Shown here: piece by piece, positions 30,516 to 40,968 of the stretch
Numbering within the stretch: position 1 is the stretch's first letter
Layout of the letters: every line of letters begins with the position of its first letter
From: Gammaproteobacteria bacterium
GTDB lineage: Bacteria > Pseudomonadota > Gammaproteobacteria > SZUA-229
Direction: 5' to 3'
Assembly (NCBI GenBank): GCA_041589175.1
Contig: JBFHWF010000002.1
Coordinates: 9,843 to 73,842 of the forward strand
Length of the DNA stretch: 64,000 nt
Position numbers and translations under genes: made by a program
The notes under the pieces: generated by a model
The model's database searches: none
Told to the model about the DNA's origin: nothing
The model's input: the letters and a program-made list of their open reading frames with translations, nothing else

Positions 30516-31486
30516 TGATTAGCGAGCCGTCACAAAACCTGTATGCAGACTTCGGTCATATAACCGAGCTAAAAAAAGGTGCCCGCGAACAGGACCGGGA
30601 AACCATTCGTGAAGTGGCGCGGCAGTTCGAATCTCTGTTTGTGCAGATGATGCTAAAAAGCATGCGAGATACGGTGCCACAGAGTGAGTTATTTGGTAGT
30701 CATTCAGAGCGCATGTATCGCGATATGTATGACAAACAGATCAGCCTGAATATTTCTAATGGCAAGGGCATCGGTCTGGCCAGAGTGATAGAGCGACAGC
30801 TGGGTGGAGCACCTGAGGACAGTATCGAACCGAAACCCATACAGGCCTATCTGGCAAGCCCACTGCCTGTAACATCATCGCTCCCACCTGTGGTTGAGCT
30901 TTCCAGAATAAGCCAGCCAGGGGAAGGCGCAAAGGTCATGCAGTCAAAGGCTCCGGAGGCTGCTGAAATACAGCAGACCTGGGACACACCAGAGGCCTTT
31001 ATCGATGACATCTGGCCTCATGCGCAACGTGCTGCAAAGCGTCTGGGCGTAGATCCTGAAGTTCTGATGGCGCAGTCCGCGCTGGAAACAGGCTGGGGCA
31101 AGTATCTGCCGCTTCGAGCGGATGGCAGTAGTAGCTTCAACCTGTTTGGTATTAAGGCGGATCATCGCTGGGATGGAGACCGGGTCAGCATCAATACCCG
31201 AGAATTCCGACATGGGGTGATGCAGCGGGAAGAGGCCCAGTTCCGTGCTTATGATTCGGTCTCAGAAGCATTTGATGATTATGCAGACTTTATTATGCAG
31301 AGTCCGCGTTATCAGAAGGCGCTGGAACATGGCTATGATGCCGATGCCTATGCCCGGGAACTACAGCGGGCGGGTTATGCGACAGACCCTGATTATGCAA
31401 AGAAAATCAACAGGATACGAAACGGTGAGCTGCTCAATGATCAGCTTTCAACATTCAAGAATTCGGCCGAAGTGCCGCTAACCTGA
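30515..31486 (+). CDS. flgJ: Flagellar rod-assembly protein / peptidoglycan hydrolase FlgJ
   Basis: N-terminal rod-binding domain (QFESLFVQMMLKSMR) and C-terminal glucosaminidase domain (ALETGWGK...NLFGIK). Confidence 0.9.
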   Translation: MISEPSQNLYADFGHITELKKGAREQDRETIREVARQFESLFVQMMLKSMRDTVPQSELFGSHSERMYRDMYDKQISLNISNGKGIGLARVIERQLGGAPEDSIEPKPIQAYLASPLPVTSSLPPVVELSRISQPGEGAKVMQSKAPEAAEIQQTWDTPEAFIDDIWPHAQRAAKRLGVDPEVLMAQSALETGWGKYLPLRADGSSSFNLFGIKADHRWDGDRVSINTREFRHGVMQREEAQFRAYDSVSEAFDDYADFIMQSPRYQKALEHGYDADAYARELQRAGYATDPDYAKKINRIRNGELLNDQLSTFKNSAEVPLT

Positions 31487-31539
31487 GTAGCAGGTAAGCA
31501 AATTGGCCATGCCGAAGCGATGCTAAAGAACAGAGAGCA

Positions 31540-33444
31540 ATGACAGGAATCTTAAATACATCAGTGAGCGGTCTTAAGGCGTTTCAGTCTGCCCTTAATA
31601 CCACCTCGCATAATATCGCCAATGTGCAGACGGATGGCTATAGTCGCCAGCGCGTCGAGCTGGATACGCGTCCACCACAACAGTTTGGCAATATCTTTAT
31701 TGGCCAGGGTGTGGGTGTTACCGATGTGCAGCGTATTATCGATGAGTTTGTCACCGCTAATATCCGGGAATTCAGTTCATCGTTTAATCGCCTGGAAATG
31801 ATGGAAACCTTTGCCAGTCGCCTGGAGAACCTGATTGCCGATGAAAATGGCAGCCTGCTACCCGCACTGGACGATTTCTTTAACGCCGCCAGTGATGTCG
31901 CTAATGACCCCAGCTCGCCAGCACCGCGGGTGACATTGATCGCTGCGGCGGAAAATCTACAGGCTCGGTTCACCTCTCTTTCAACCGAAATGCAGAATCT
32001 GGATCAGGAGGTCGACCGTCGCATCCAGTTTGAAGTGGCAGACATCAATGCCATCACAACTGAAATTGCACGAATTAACGATAATATTGAACGCATTAGC
32101 AGTACGGATAACGAGCCCGCCGATTTGCTGGATAAACGCGATCAATTACTGCAACAGCTATCTGAAAAAGTTTCAGTGACAGTCGTTGAACAGACAGATG
32201 GAATTATTAATGTACTCGTTGGCTCCGGGCAATTACTCGTAACGGGAGCGATCACCAATCAGTTATCAGCAGTGGTTGATCCGAATAATACGGATCGGCT
32301 GGGAATTCAGCTGGTAAGTAATAGTGGTAGTGTAAATATTACGAGCAGTATCAGTGGTGGCTCGCTGGGTGGCCTGCTAGATTTTCGTGATAACGTGCTA
32401 ACCGATACGCAAAACAGTCTTGGGCGAACAGCGATAGCACTGGCAGAAACCTTTAATAGTCAGCATCGTGATGGCTATGACCTGAATGGTAATCTGGGCA
32501 CAGATTTTTTTAGTGTGAGTGCACCACAGGTGCTGGGCGCAACAACCAATAATCCAGCAACGGGTACGCCTACGGCGGTAATCAGTGATGTGACAGCACT
32601 TACTATTTCTGACTATCGTGCAGACTTCGTCGGTGGTAATTACACCATAACACGTCTTAGTGACAATGCCGTAGTGGCGGGTCCTGCAGTTGGTCCAGTG
32701 TTTGCGAATGTGGATGGTGTGGATTTTGATTTTACCGGTATAGGGGCAGTGGCCGGTGATTCCTTTATCTTCCGTCCAACACGACAGGGTGCAGAGAGTT
32801 TTCGCACGCTGATTACCGATGTCAATGATATTGCCGCGGCATCACCGATACGCGGTGTCGATACCACCGCTAATATCGGTGATGTGACAATTTCAAATGA
32901 AACCGTGACTGATGTGACTGATGCTAATTTGCTAAACACGGTTACCGTGACCTTCAATACACCGGCAAACACCTTTGATGTGTTTGATGTTACGGGTGCC
33001 GCGCTGTTAGCCGGTGGCGTTGCCTATACCGATGGTATGACGATTAGTTTTAATGGCTGGTCGGCAACTTTAAATGGTAGTCCACAGCCCGGTGATGTAC
33101 TCACAATCGAAGAGAATACCGGCGCTGCAACAGATAACCGTAATGCACTATTCTTTGCAGACCTGAGTAATCAGCAGTTTATCGGTGGTAATACGGCAAG
33201 CTATGAACAATCATACAGCGCAATGACAGCAAACGTGGGTGCGGTGACTCAACAAATCAAGATTAATCGTGATGTGGAAGAAAGCATGCTGAATGCTTCC
33301 GTGGCAGAACGCGAGTCCATATCAGGCGTGAATCTGGATGAAGAGGCGGCTAATCTGATTCGATTCCAGCAGGCTTACCAGGCATCCGCCAGGGTTGTGC
33401 AGACAGCGCAAACTATTTTTCAGACATTACTAGATGCAACCTAG
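31540..33444 (+). CDS. flgK: Hook-filament junction protein FlgK
   Basis: GLKAFQSALNTTSHNIANVQTDGYSRQ at the N-terminus and EEAANLIRFQQAYQASARVV at the C-terminus. Confidence 0.93.
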   Translation: MTGILNTSVSGLKAFQSALNTTSHNIANVQTDGYSRQRVELDTRPPQQFGNIFIGQGVGVTDVQRIIDEFVTANIREFSSSFNRLEMMETFASRLENLIADENGSLLPALDDFFNAASDVANDPSSPAPRVTLIAAAENLQARFTSLSTEMQNLDQEVDRRIQFEVADINAITTEIARINDNIERISSTDNEPADLLDKRDQLLQQLSEKVSVTVVEQTDGIINVLVGSGQLLVTGAITNQLSAVVDPNNTDRLGIQLVSNSGSVNITSSISGGSLGGLLDFRDNVLTDTQNSLGRTAIALAETFNSQHRDGYDLNGNLGTDFFSVSAPQVLGATTNNPATGTPTAVISDVTALTISDYRADFVGGNYTITRLSDNAVVAGPAVGPVFANVDGVDFDFTGIGAVAGDSFIFRPTRQGAESFRTLITDVNDIAAASPIRGVDTTANIGDVTISNETVTDVTDANLLNTVTVTFNTPANTFDVFDVTGAALLAGGVAYTDGMTISFNGWSATLNGSPQPGDVLTIEENTGAATDNRNALFFADLSNQQFIGGNTASYEQSYSAMTANVGAVTQQIKINRDVEESMLNASVAERESISGVNLDEEAANLIRFQQAYQASARVVQTAQTIFQTLLDAT

Positions 33445-33462
33445 ATATAAGAGATTGATACC

Positions 33463-34671
33463 ATGCGTGTTTCAACTTCACTGATTTACACTCAAAGTTT
33501 GCGGAATATGTTGCAGCAACAATCTGAGGTTATTCGTACACAGCAACAGCTGGCAACAGGTAAGCAGAATCTTGTGCCGTCTGATGATCCAAGCACGGCT
33601 TCTAGAATTCTGGATTTGAATGATGCATTAAATAAGATTGGCCAATATGAAGAAAATGCAAACTTTGCGGTACAGCGACTTGGTGTAGAAGAAAGTATCC
33701 TTGGGAGTGTAGAAAACCTGTTGCAGAGAGTCAGGGAGCTGACTATTCAGGCGGGGAATCTGGCGACCCTGGATCCAGTCTCCAAGGTTGCAATAGCGGA
33801 TGAGATTAGAGAATTAAATAATGAGCTCTTTAATCTGGTAAACACGAGAGATGTCAACGGTGAATACCTGTTCTCTGGTTATCAGACCGGTACACAGCCA
33901 TTCACTATTGATGCTTCGGGAAACTATGTTTATAACGGTGATCAGGGGCAATTGGAATTGCAGATAGGTGAAAATCGAAAGATCCTGACTAATGATTCAG
34001 GTGCAGACGTATTTCAATTGATCCGTAATGGTAATGGTTCATTTATTACTGATAATAATATAGCAAACACAGGGAATGGTGTGATATCGACAGGCAGTGT
34101 GCTGAATCCATCGGCATTTCTAAGTGATGACTATACGATACGATTTACTAGTGCAACAACGTATGAAGTTGATAATAATACTACTGGTGCAGTTAATATA
34201 ATCGGAGCTCAGGCATATACAGATGGTGGTTCAATTTCATTTGATGGTTTGGAAGTGTCGATATCAGGCACACCTGCAGTTGGTGATAGTTTTACTGTTA
34301 ACGCGAGCCGTAACCAGAGCATTATGACGACGCTACGAGATTTGAGTAGTGCGATAACAGGTACAACGAGCTCACCAGCGGGTAATGCACAGTATATTCA
34401 AAGTATTGCGTCAGCGCTTAATAATATTGACCGTGGAATGGAAAATATTATTGAAGTGCGAACTCGTGTAGGCGCGCGCCTCAACTCGATTGATGCGCAA
34501 CGTGATGACAACGATGCTCGTAAATTGCAGTTTACATCGGTGAAATCTGATATCGAGGATTTGGATTTTGCGGAAGCGATTAGCCGTCTGACGTTTCAGT
34601 CTACTGCGCTACAGGCTTCACAACAGACATTTGCACGTGTCCAAGATCTTTCCCTGTTTGATTTTATTTAG
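33463..34671 (+). CDS. flgL: Hook-filament junction protein FlgL
   Basis: Flagellin-like N and C helices (LATGKQNLVPSDDP...; LQASQQTFARVQDLSLFDF). Confidence 0.9.
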   Translation: MRVSTSLIYTQSLRNMLQQQSEVIRTQQQLATGKQNLVPSDDPSTASRILDLNDALNKIGQYEENANFAVQRLGVEESILGSVENLLQRVRELTIQAGNLATLDPVSKVAIADEIRELNNELFNLVNTRDVNGEYLFSGYQTGTQPFTIDASGNYVYNGDQGQLELQIGENRKILTNDSGADVFQLIRNGNGSFITDNNIANTGNGVISTGSVLNPSAFLSDDYTIRFTSATTYEVDNNTTGAVNIIGAQAYTDGGSISFDGLEVSISGTPAVGDSFTVNASRNQSIMTTLRDLSSAITGTTSSPAGNAQYIQSIASALNNIDRGMENIIEVRTRVGARLNSIDAQRDDNDARKLQFTSVKSDIEDLDFAEAISRLTFQSTALQASQQTFARVQDLSLFDFI

Positions 34672-34703
34672 CGTGCTATCAATTTCGATATATAGTTCAG
34701 TTC

Positions 34704-35024
34704 TCAGGAATTATCGAGATAACTGTTAATAGCGGATTTTGATTTTGCTGCTGATGATTTTTTGTTCATCAAAACTTGTTGATGGCTCTTGGCTATTTCA
34801 ATTAGGTGGTTATTTAAATCAGCAATGGTTTCCAGTTGATTGCGTATTTTTTGCTGTATTGAAGAGGTTTCGTAACTTACTTTATCATGTATATCACGAA
34901 TAATGGCATCTCTCTGCTCAATTAGAGAGTGAATCTCATTCCATTCATCATTTCTAGCGTTATCAAGTGCATGCTCTGTAAGCTGGTAGGCTTGTAGAGA
35001 GAGGTTGATAAGGTGGCTATCCAT
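34704..35024 (-). CDS. fliT: Putative flagellar export chaperone FliT
   Basis: Helical 106-aa protein immediately downstream of fliS. The call rests on position only. Confidence 0.45.
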   Translation of the reverse strand: MDSHLINLSLQAYQLTEHALDNARNDEWNEIHSLIEQRDAIIRDIHDKVSYETSSIQQKIRNQLETIADLNNHLIEIAKSHQQVLMNKKSSAAKSKSAINSYLDNS

Positions 35025-35027
35025 TTC

Positions 35028-35471
35028 CTAAGGGGTTGCCTGTGCGGCTGTCTGGCTTTTCTCTGAGCGGAATGTACTCGCCTCTGGAGTGTTTTCGATA
35101 GAATCCCAGGCTGATTTTATTTCATTCAGAAGGTCGAGGGTTTCTGTTAAGTGTTCGGAGACGTTGTCATTGTTTGCCTGTAGCAGGCGCATTTCCATGT
35201 AAGCATAAAGGTCGTCAAGGTTTGCAGCGATTTCACCGCCTTTATTCATGTCGACGCTATTACGTAAGCCATTAATAATGGCAATTGCCTTGCTGATCAT
35301 TTCACCTTTCTGAGCAACCTCATTACGCTGCATGTGGCCTTCAGCGGCTTTGATGCGCACAATGGCACCATCAATTAGCATCTGTATTAACTGATGTGGG
35401 TTGGCGTGATCAATCTTGCTTTGCAGGTCCATGCTGCCATATTGTTGAGCTGCTGAGAGATTGCGTTTCAT
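35028..35471 (-). CDS. fliS: Flagellin-specific chaperone FliS
   Basis: YGSMDLQSKIDHANPHQLIQMLIDGAI and LLQANNDN motifs, and its position after fliD. Confidence 0.9.
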   Translation of the reverse strand: MKRNLSAAQQYGSMDLQSKIDHANPHQLIQMLIDGAIVRIKAAEGHMQRNEVAQKGEMISKAIAIINGLRNSVDMNKGGEIAANLDDLYAYMEMRLLQANNDNVSEHLTETLDLLNEIKSAWDSIENTPEASTFRSEKSQTAAQATP

Positions 35472-35500
35472 GTTGTTCTCCAGGTTAATCAGGTCAGTTA

Positions 35501-36907
35501 TTACTTTTTGACACTGTTTGGTTTGGGTAAGTTACTAATTGCCTGTGTCAGGAAGTCACCGGATGCTGTGAGTTGTTGTACCAGATTGTCCATGGCAATA
35601 AATTGAGCGAGTAGACGTGCTTCATAGGCTTCCATGCGGTCAGCAAGTTGTGAGCGTTGTTCACCTATATCATTGATGCTGTTATTTAGTCCATCGGTTT
35701 TGGAGTCAAGTATTCCATTGACCTTGACATAATCATTAATGACGTCATCCAGTACCGTGGCTATACCATCATTGGCAGTGAACAGATTTGTTAGTGTATC
35801 AAGCTCATCTTCAATAACTGAGTTTAGATCGCTAGTATCAATGCTCAGTGTGTCATCATCGTTTGTTGTGATGCCGATTGCAGCCAGTGAACTGAAGTCG
35901 CTATTGCTAATGCTTTTTACCTGAGCGGTTATATTACTTCGTACTGTGCTCAGAATACCTCGTGCCAGTGCATCGCCAAGCAGAGCGCCACTGGTTCCAC
36001 CTTCGCTATAGGCAGTTAATGATTTCATGGTTTTTATGAAGTCATTGTATTTGTCGACCATGCTTTCAACCGCTGATGTGATTTTTTCGGTATCAAGAGA
36101 AGTCGTAAGAGTATGATCGACAGCAGGGTCAGCCTTATGTAGTTCCAGTGTTACACCGTCTATGGCATTCTCAATAGTATTGCTACTACTGGTGACGCTC
36201 AGAGTATCGATTAAAATGATGGCATCCTGAGCAGGGTTAAGCTGTGTAAGGTTGGTAACACCAGAGCCGGGGAGTGGGTCATATACAAGCTGTTGCAGAT
36301 CGCCTTCGCCACCATTAACTGCTGTCACGGTTATGGCATTATCACTTCCAGTCCCATCAGCTGTTAAAACCAATCGTGTTTCTGTACCACCGACACCATC
36401 ATCCACATTGACGAGGGTCGCAGATACACCAGTGTTAGTTGCTGCATTATTGATGGCATCACGAATGCCAGCTACCGATTTGTTACTGTCATCTATTGTC
36501 AGTGTAAAGGCGTCAGTGCCAATCTTGATGGTGAGGCTGCCAGTGCCTACCACTGTGGATGAGCTGGCAAATCCAGATGATGATAGTTTGTGTGATTCAG
36601 CAAGTTGGCTGACCTGGATCGTGTAATTAGCAAGTACAGCCGATGTGTCAGCGGTTGCGGTAAAAATGCTTTTATCTGAAGAACTTGCCTTACGATTATC
36701 GTAGCTGCCTGTTGAACTCAGTGCAGTCAGAGTTGAGCGTAAATCAGACATCGCACCTTTTACAATTCCGAACGAGGACAGTTGAGTTTGTAACTGAGCT
36801 TCCTGTCTATCCAGAAATGCGGTTTTTGGCGCAGACTCTGCGTTGACCAGGTTGGTTACTAGCGAGTTTATGTCCAGTCCAGAACCGATGCCGGCAGATG
36901 TGAGCAT
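35501..36907 (-). CDS. fliD: Filament cap protein FliD
   Basis: SAGIGSGLDINSLVTNLVNAE at the N-terminus and a C-terminal coiled coil (RLLAQFIAMDNLVQQL). Confidence 0.93.
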   Translation of the reverse strand: MLTSAGIGSGLDINSLVTNLVNAESAPKTAFLDRQEAQLQTQLSSFGIVKGAMSDLRSTLTALSSTGSYDNRKASSSDKSIFTATADTSAVLANYTIQVSQLAESHKLSSSGFASSSTVVGTGSLTIKIGTDAFTLTIDDSNKSVAGIRDAINNAATNTGVSATLVNVDDGVGGTETRLVLTADGTGSDNAITVTAVNGGEGDLQQLVYDPLPGSGVTNLTQLNPAQDAIILIDTLSVTSSSNTIENAIDGVTLELHKADPAVDHTLTTSLDTEKITSAVESMVDKYNDFIKTMKSLTAYSEGGTSGALLGDALARGILSTVRSNITAQVKSISNSDFSSLAAIGITTNDDDTLSIDTSDLNSVIEDELDTLTNLFTANDGIATVLDDVINDYVKVNGILDSKTDGLNNSINDIGEQRSQLADRMEAYEARLLAQFIAMDNLVQQLTASGDFLTQAISNLPKPNSVKK

Positions 36908-36992
36908 GGTGTGATACCTCTTCGAGATGCTCGAGTGAAATGTTTATGGTCCAACTGTAAAGTATAGCAAACAACTTCTACTTCACAGTTGA

Positions 36993-37008
36993 AGCAAGAA
37001 CAGTACCA
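36993..37008 (-). promoter_or_regulatory. Sigma-54 promoter for fliD-fliS-fliT
   Basis: The minus strand reads TGGTAC-tgttc-TTGCT with GG-N10-GC spacing, about 85 nt upstream of the fliD ATG. Confidence 0.6.
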
Positions 37009-37047
37009 ATACCGTCCATGGTATGGTTTTCCAGTTAGTGCATCTTC

Positions 37048-37440
37048 CTATGCCTGATCTCTAAATAAGAGACCTTGTATTTCTTCAAGGTTTTTAATGC
37101 GTTCCAGAGCTTCCTTTGAGGGAATCTGTCGTATCACTTCATCCGTTGAGGCGTCAGTGACAGTCACAACAGTACGACCACTTTCCTTATCTACTCTGAA
37201 GTTCAGATCACGTTGAGTTTGCTGAACAAAGTCATTCAGCCTCTCTACTACGTCATTCAGACGCTCTTCCATGTTTTCGGTAACTTGCTCGACGGCATCG
37301 GTTTGCCGCGGAGCTACATTACTGTCGACAGGGTTGCCGCTTTGAGTGACAGCAGGTGTTTCACTGTTTGCATTTTTTGCAGGCGTAGCAGGGCTCTGAC
37401 TGGGGACTGTCGAGGTATAATTAGTAACCATATTATTCAT
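37048..37440 (-). CDS. flaG: Flagellar protein FlaG
   Basis: LNFRVDKESGRTVVTVTDASTDEVIRQIPSKEAL signature. Confidence 0.88.
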   Translation of the reverse strand: MNNMVTNYTSTVPSQSPATPAKNANSETPAVTQSGNPVDSNVAPRQTDAVEQVTENMEERLNDVVERLNDFVQQTQRDLNFRVDKESGRTVVTVTDASTDEVIRQIPSKEALERIKNLEEIQGLLFRDQA

Positions 37441-37467
37441 GGTGCTAACTCCTGATTATCGTGTCCA

Positions 37468-37495
37468 GGGGAAGCAGGTTTTCACCCGCTTCCCC
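37468..37495 (-). terminator. Stem-loop after fliC (partial terminator or mRNA stabiliser, no U-tract)
   Basis: 11-bp stem ggggaagcagg/cccgcttcccc with a 6-nt loop. It is followed on the minus strand by the flaG Shine-Dalgarno sequence, not by a T-run. Confidence 0.35.
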
Positions 37496-37513
37496 ATGTC
37501 GAGATCCCTACGC

Positions 37514-39022
37514 TTATTGCAGTAGTGAAAGAACGTTCTGAGGAATCGCATTAGCCTGAGCTAGCATCGCGGTACCTGCCTGTTGCAGAATCTGCGTACG
37601 TGTCAGGTTTGAGGTTTCCAGAGCAAAGTCAGCATCCAGTACACGAGATCGTGCAGCTGAAACGTTGTTGGAAACATTCTCCAGATTGGCGATAGTTGAT
37701 TCCATACGATTCTGGATCGCACCCAGTGTCGCACGTTGTGAGTCAATGCCCTGAATCGCCGCGTCGATAATGGAGATCGCAGCCTGTGCACCTGCAGCAG
37801 TACCGATATCAACACTGTCAACCGAGGTAAAGGTAGAAGCAAATGAGGCAGAAGCGAATACCGTCGCGTTAGCACCACTGACGCTGAAAGCAGATGCGCT
37901 GTCAACACGCAGCTGACCAGTAATACGTGTTGAGTCAGTTGCACTGGCAGCAGCGTCTACCAGGTTAGTTGTTTCTGCCGTTGTGGCTGTACCATCGTAG
38001 TTCAGTGAGGTAACGGTAATCGTACCTGTACCATCATCTGCAGTACCTACGTCCCAGTTCGTGATGGTAATGTCATCGCCATTAGTATTGGTCAGGTCTA
38101 GTGTAGAACCATTTGAAACCGCAGTGATACCTGTGGTAGCTGCCTGCAGGTTAATAGCATCTGCCAGGCCTTGTAGGTCAGATGTGTTGGTGACGTTGAC
38201 ACTGATGGATACACTAGCACTACCACCACCGTTGTTAGCGGTAGCCAGGTCGAATGCAACTACGCCTGTGGTATCCAGTGCGCTAAGTCGAACCCGTGTA
38301 ACGGCGTCTGCAGATACACCGGTTGAGCCAGTGTCGGCGTTTATAGCGGCAGCAATTTGGCTTGCTGCATCTGTTGCAGAATAGTTGGCTACTGCTGAAC
38401 CCAGTGAACCGGCTACCGTGAATGTTGTGCCGGCGACTGTGCTTGCAGGAATGGCTGCGGCTGCAGCTTCAACTGCACCCAGACCTGAGCCGTCTGCATC
38501 GAAACGGTGACTACCGATATCGGTGGCGCGTGCTGCAGACAGTGAAACGTTAACGGTTTCATTGGCAAATGCACCTACCTGGAAGGCTTCACCTGAGAAA
38601 GTGCCATCCAGTACATTTCTGTTGCCGTATGTGGTGGTTTCGGCAATACGGGTTAATTCCTGTTGTAGCTGGGCAACTTCCTGCTGTAGTGCAGCACGGT
38701 CAGAGCCAGAGTTACTGCCGTTAGCTGACTGGATTGACAGCTCACGCATACGTTGCAGGATGTTGGTAGATTCTTGAAGAGCACCTTCAGTGACTTGTGA
38801 AATGGAGATGGCGTCATTTGCATTTCGTACAGCCTGATTAAGACCACGAATCTGAGAGGTGAAACGGTCGGCAATTGCCAGACCTGCAGCGTCATCTTTT
38901 GCGCTATTAATACGCAGACCAGTAGATAAGCGTTGTAGCGAGGTTTGCAGTGAGCTTTGGCTTCGATTCAAGCTGCTCTGGGCAAACAGAGAAGAAATAT
39001 TAGTGTTTACGATTTGTGGCAT
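37514..39022 (-). CDS. fliC: Flagellin
   Basis: N-terminus [46 protein letters not shown] and C-terminus [30 protein letters not shown]. The central domain is T/A/S/G-rich. Confidence 0.97.
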   Translation of the reverse strand: MPQIVNTNISSLFAQSSLNRSQSSLQTSLQRLSTGLRINSAKDDAAGLAIADRFTSQIRGLNQAVRNANDAISISQVTEGALQESTNILQRMRELSIQSANGSNSGSDRAALQQEVAQLQQELTRIAETTTYGNRNVLDGTFSGEAFQVGAFANETVNVSLSAARATDIGSHRFDADGSGLGAVEAAAAAIPASTVAGTTFTVAGSLGSAVANYSATDAASQIAAAINADTGSTGVSADAVTRVRLSALDTTGVVAFDLATANNGGGSASVSISVNVTNTSDLQGLADAINLQAATTGITAVSNGSTLDLTNTNGDDITITNWDVGTADDGTGTITVTSLNYDGTATTAETTNLVDAAASATDSTRITGQLRVDSASAFSVSGANATVFASASFASTFTSVDSVDIGTAAGAQAAISIIDAAIQGIDSQRATLGAIQNRMESTIANLENVSNNVSAARSRVLDADFALETSNLTRTQILQQAGTAMLAQANAIPQNVLSLLQ

Positions 39023-39109
39023 GGTTGATTCCTCCCTTCCAGTAAAACCCTGTGTTTTAAAGGAAGTAATGGTTGCGCTTGTTAGCGTAAAATCGAGCTA
39101 AATGCTTCG

Positions 39110-39136
39110 TTCAACCAGCTTAGCGGCGGCCAGTGG
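39110..39136 (-). promoter_or_regulatory. Sigma-28 (FliA) promoter for fliC
   Basis: The minus strand reads TAAAGTTT-N11-GCCGCTAA, about 85 nt upstream of the fliC ATG. Confidence 0.7.
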
Positions 39137-39376
39137 AAAAACTTTAAGAAAAAAAATCTCAAAACGCCTTATTGACCAGTGAATCGGGAAAATTTCACCT
39201 CTAATCTACTGATATTTATAGCATAAAGCATCTCGTCCTGGTGACAGACGGTCACTCTGCTGGTCGTAAAGTGGCTTTTATCGGACAAACTGACGCATCA
39301 TCCGCCGTGGCGCGTTAGTTATGGAATAGTGCTGGCTAAGTTTATGAATTTATGAGGAATATTGGGAGACAAAATT

Positions 39377-39404
39377 TTGACATTTGGCGTGTATCTGCTT
39401 TAAT
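39377..39404 (+). promoter_or_regulatory. Candidate sigma-70 promoter for fleQ
   Basis: TTGACA-N16-TTTAAT, with TGc directly in front of the -10 element (extended -10), about 35 nt upstream of the fleQ ATG. Confidence 0.4.
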
Positions 39405-39438
39405 CCACATCAGTGAAATGAAAAACCGCAGGTAACCC

Positions 39439-40968
39439 ATGGCAGATAGCCAGCAGACACGTCCCATACTCCTGGTCGAAGACGACCCCAGGCTATTTAA
39501 TGAAATCCAGTCACTGATGACATTCCTCGATCTGGAGGCTCGTTTTGTGAATGAGCTTGATGCGCTTCCCGGGGCGATGCAGCAGGGTGATTTCCGGGTT
39601 GTTATGCTGGGTCAGTTCCATGGGGATGCCGACAGGAGCAGGGTTATCGAGCTGGCGGCTGCTGCGAAACTGCCGGTAATTCTATTTAATATAGATAACA
39701 ACCTGCTGGAGAAGTACCAGTCCCAGTACGATCAGGTGGTATCGCTACTGGCTATGCCGCTTCGTTACGAGCCGGTGATGGAGGCGCTGGCGCAGGCCGA
39801 TGCCCTGTCGCCCCAGGCAGATGCCGCCAGTGTCACCAGCCAGATCGCCCAGGTGCCCAAGCTGGGGGGCAGTAGCGCTGCCATTCAGTATGTACGAACC
39901 ATGATCGAGCAGGTGGCAAAAACCGATGCCAGTGTATTGATACTGGGAGAGTCCGGGACCGGCAAGGAAGTAGTGGCACGCAATATTCATGCGCTTTCCA
40001 ATCGTTGTAAGGGTGGTTTCGTGCCGGTGAACTGCGGTGCGATTCCCGCTGACCTGCTGGAAAGTGAACTGTTTGGCCACGAGAAAGGCGCCTTTACCGG
40101 TGCGATTAGCTCGCGTCAGGGGCGCTTTGAGATGGCCGAGAAGGGCACGCTATTCCTTGATGAAATCGGCGATATGAGCCTGCCCATGCAGGTCAAGTTG
40201 CTACGCGTACTACAGGAGCGAACCTTCGAGCGGGTGGGGAGTAACCGCAGTATCCAGGCAGATGTGCGCATACTGGCAGCCACACACCGTAACCTGGAAG
40301 CCAATATCCGTGATGGTAAGTTTCGAGAAGACCTGTTTTATCGATTAAATGTATTCCCGATCGAAGTCCCCTCGTTAAGAGAGCGCCTTGAAGACGTGCC
40401 ATTCCTGCTACAGGACCAGATCGATCGGCTGGAAGCGGAGAACCGTGGCTCGGTTCGCCTTACGGCGGCGGCCATGGAAATGCTTAGCCTGTACCAGTGG
40501 CCCGGTAATGTGCGTGAACTGGCCAACCTGGTAGAGCGACTGTCTATTTTATATCCGGAGAGTATCGTTGACGTGCAGCACCTGCCACCACGCTACCAGC
40601 AGGCGACACCGTCTACGCTACCCGCTGCACGCACTGCAACCGAGAAGCCACCCTTTAATCCGGCACTGATGTTTGCCGATATGGATGATGATGAGCTGGA
40701 TAGTACGCCTGCTCCAGAGCCATTGCCTGCTGATCTACCAGAAAGAATCAGTGCGGGACTGGCCGAGCCCGCTATCACGCCAGAGTCAGCTGCACTGGGC
40801 GAGGAGGGAATCGACCTTAAGGAGCATCTGGCCAGTATGGAAGTTGAGTTAATCAAACAGGCACTGGATAAAACCGATGGTGTGGTTGCCCATGCGGCGA
40901 AACTTCTGAAGATGCGGCGTACGACTCTGGTTGAGAAACTTAAGAAGTACAATATTAAAGCCAGTTAG
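39439..40968 (+). CDS. fleQ: Sigma-54-dependent flagellar master regulator FleQ/FlrA
   Basis: REC-like N-domain, AAA+ motifs [14 protein letters not shown] and [10 protein letters not shown], a C-terminal HTH, and its position upstream of fleSR. Confidence 0.88.
   Translation: MADSQQTRPILLVEDDPRLFNEIQSLMTFLDLEARFVNELDALPGAMQQGDFRVVMLGQFHGDADRSRVIELAAAAKLPVILFNIDNNLLEKYQSQYDQVVSLLAMPLRYEPVMEALAQADALSPQADAASVTSQIAQVPKLGGSSAAIQYVRTMIEQVAKTDASVLILGESGTGKEVVARNIHALSNRCKGGFVPVNCGAIPADLLESELFGHEKGAFTGAISSRQGRFEMAEKGTLFLDEIGDMSLPMQVKLLRVLQERTFERVGSNRSIQADVRILAATHRNLEANIRDGKFREDLFYRLNVFPIEVPSLRERLEDVPFLLQDQIDRLEAENRGSVRLTAAAMEMLSLYQWPGNVRELANLVERLSILYPESIVDVQHLPPRYQQATPSTLPAARTATEKPPFNPALMFADMDDDELDSTPAPEPLPADLPERISAGLAEPAITPESAALGEEGIDLKEHLASMEVELIKQALDKTDGVVAHAAKLLKMRRTTLVEKLKKYNIKAS

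Noticed and set aside
31504-31519. A possible sigma-54 promoter before flgK (TGGCC-atgccg-AAGCG).
   Set aside because: The GG-N10-GC spacing is right, but the -12 element lacks the conserved T(T)GC context. I judged it too weak to call.
34672-39022. A flagellin glycosylation island, of the kind found between flgL and fliC in some Pseudomonas.
   Set aside because: There are no glycosyltransferase or sugar-biosynthesis ORFs. flgL is followed directly by the convergent fliT-fliS-fliD-flaG-fliC genes.
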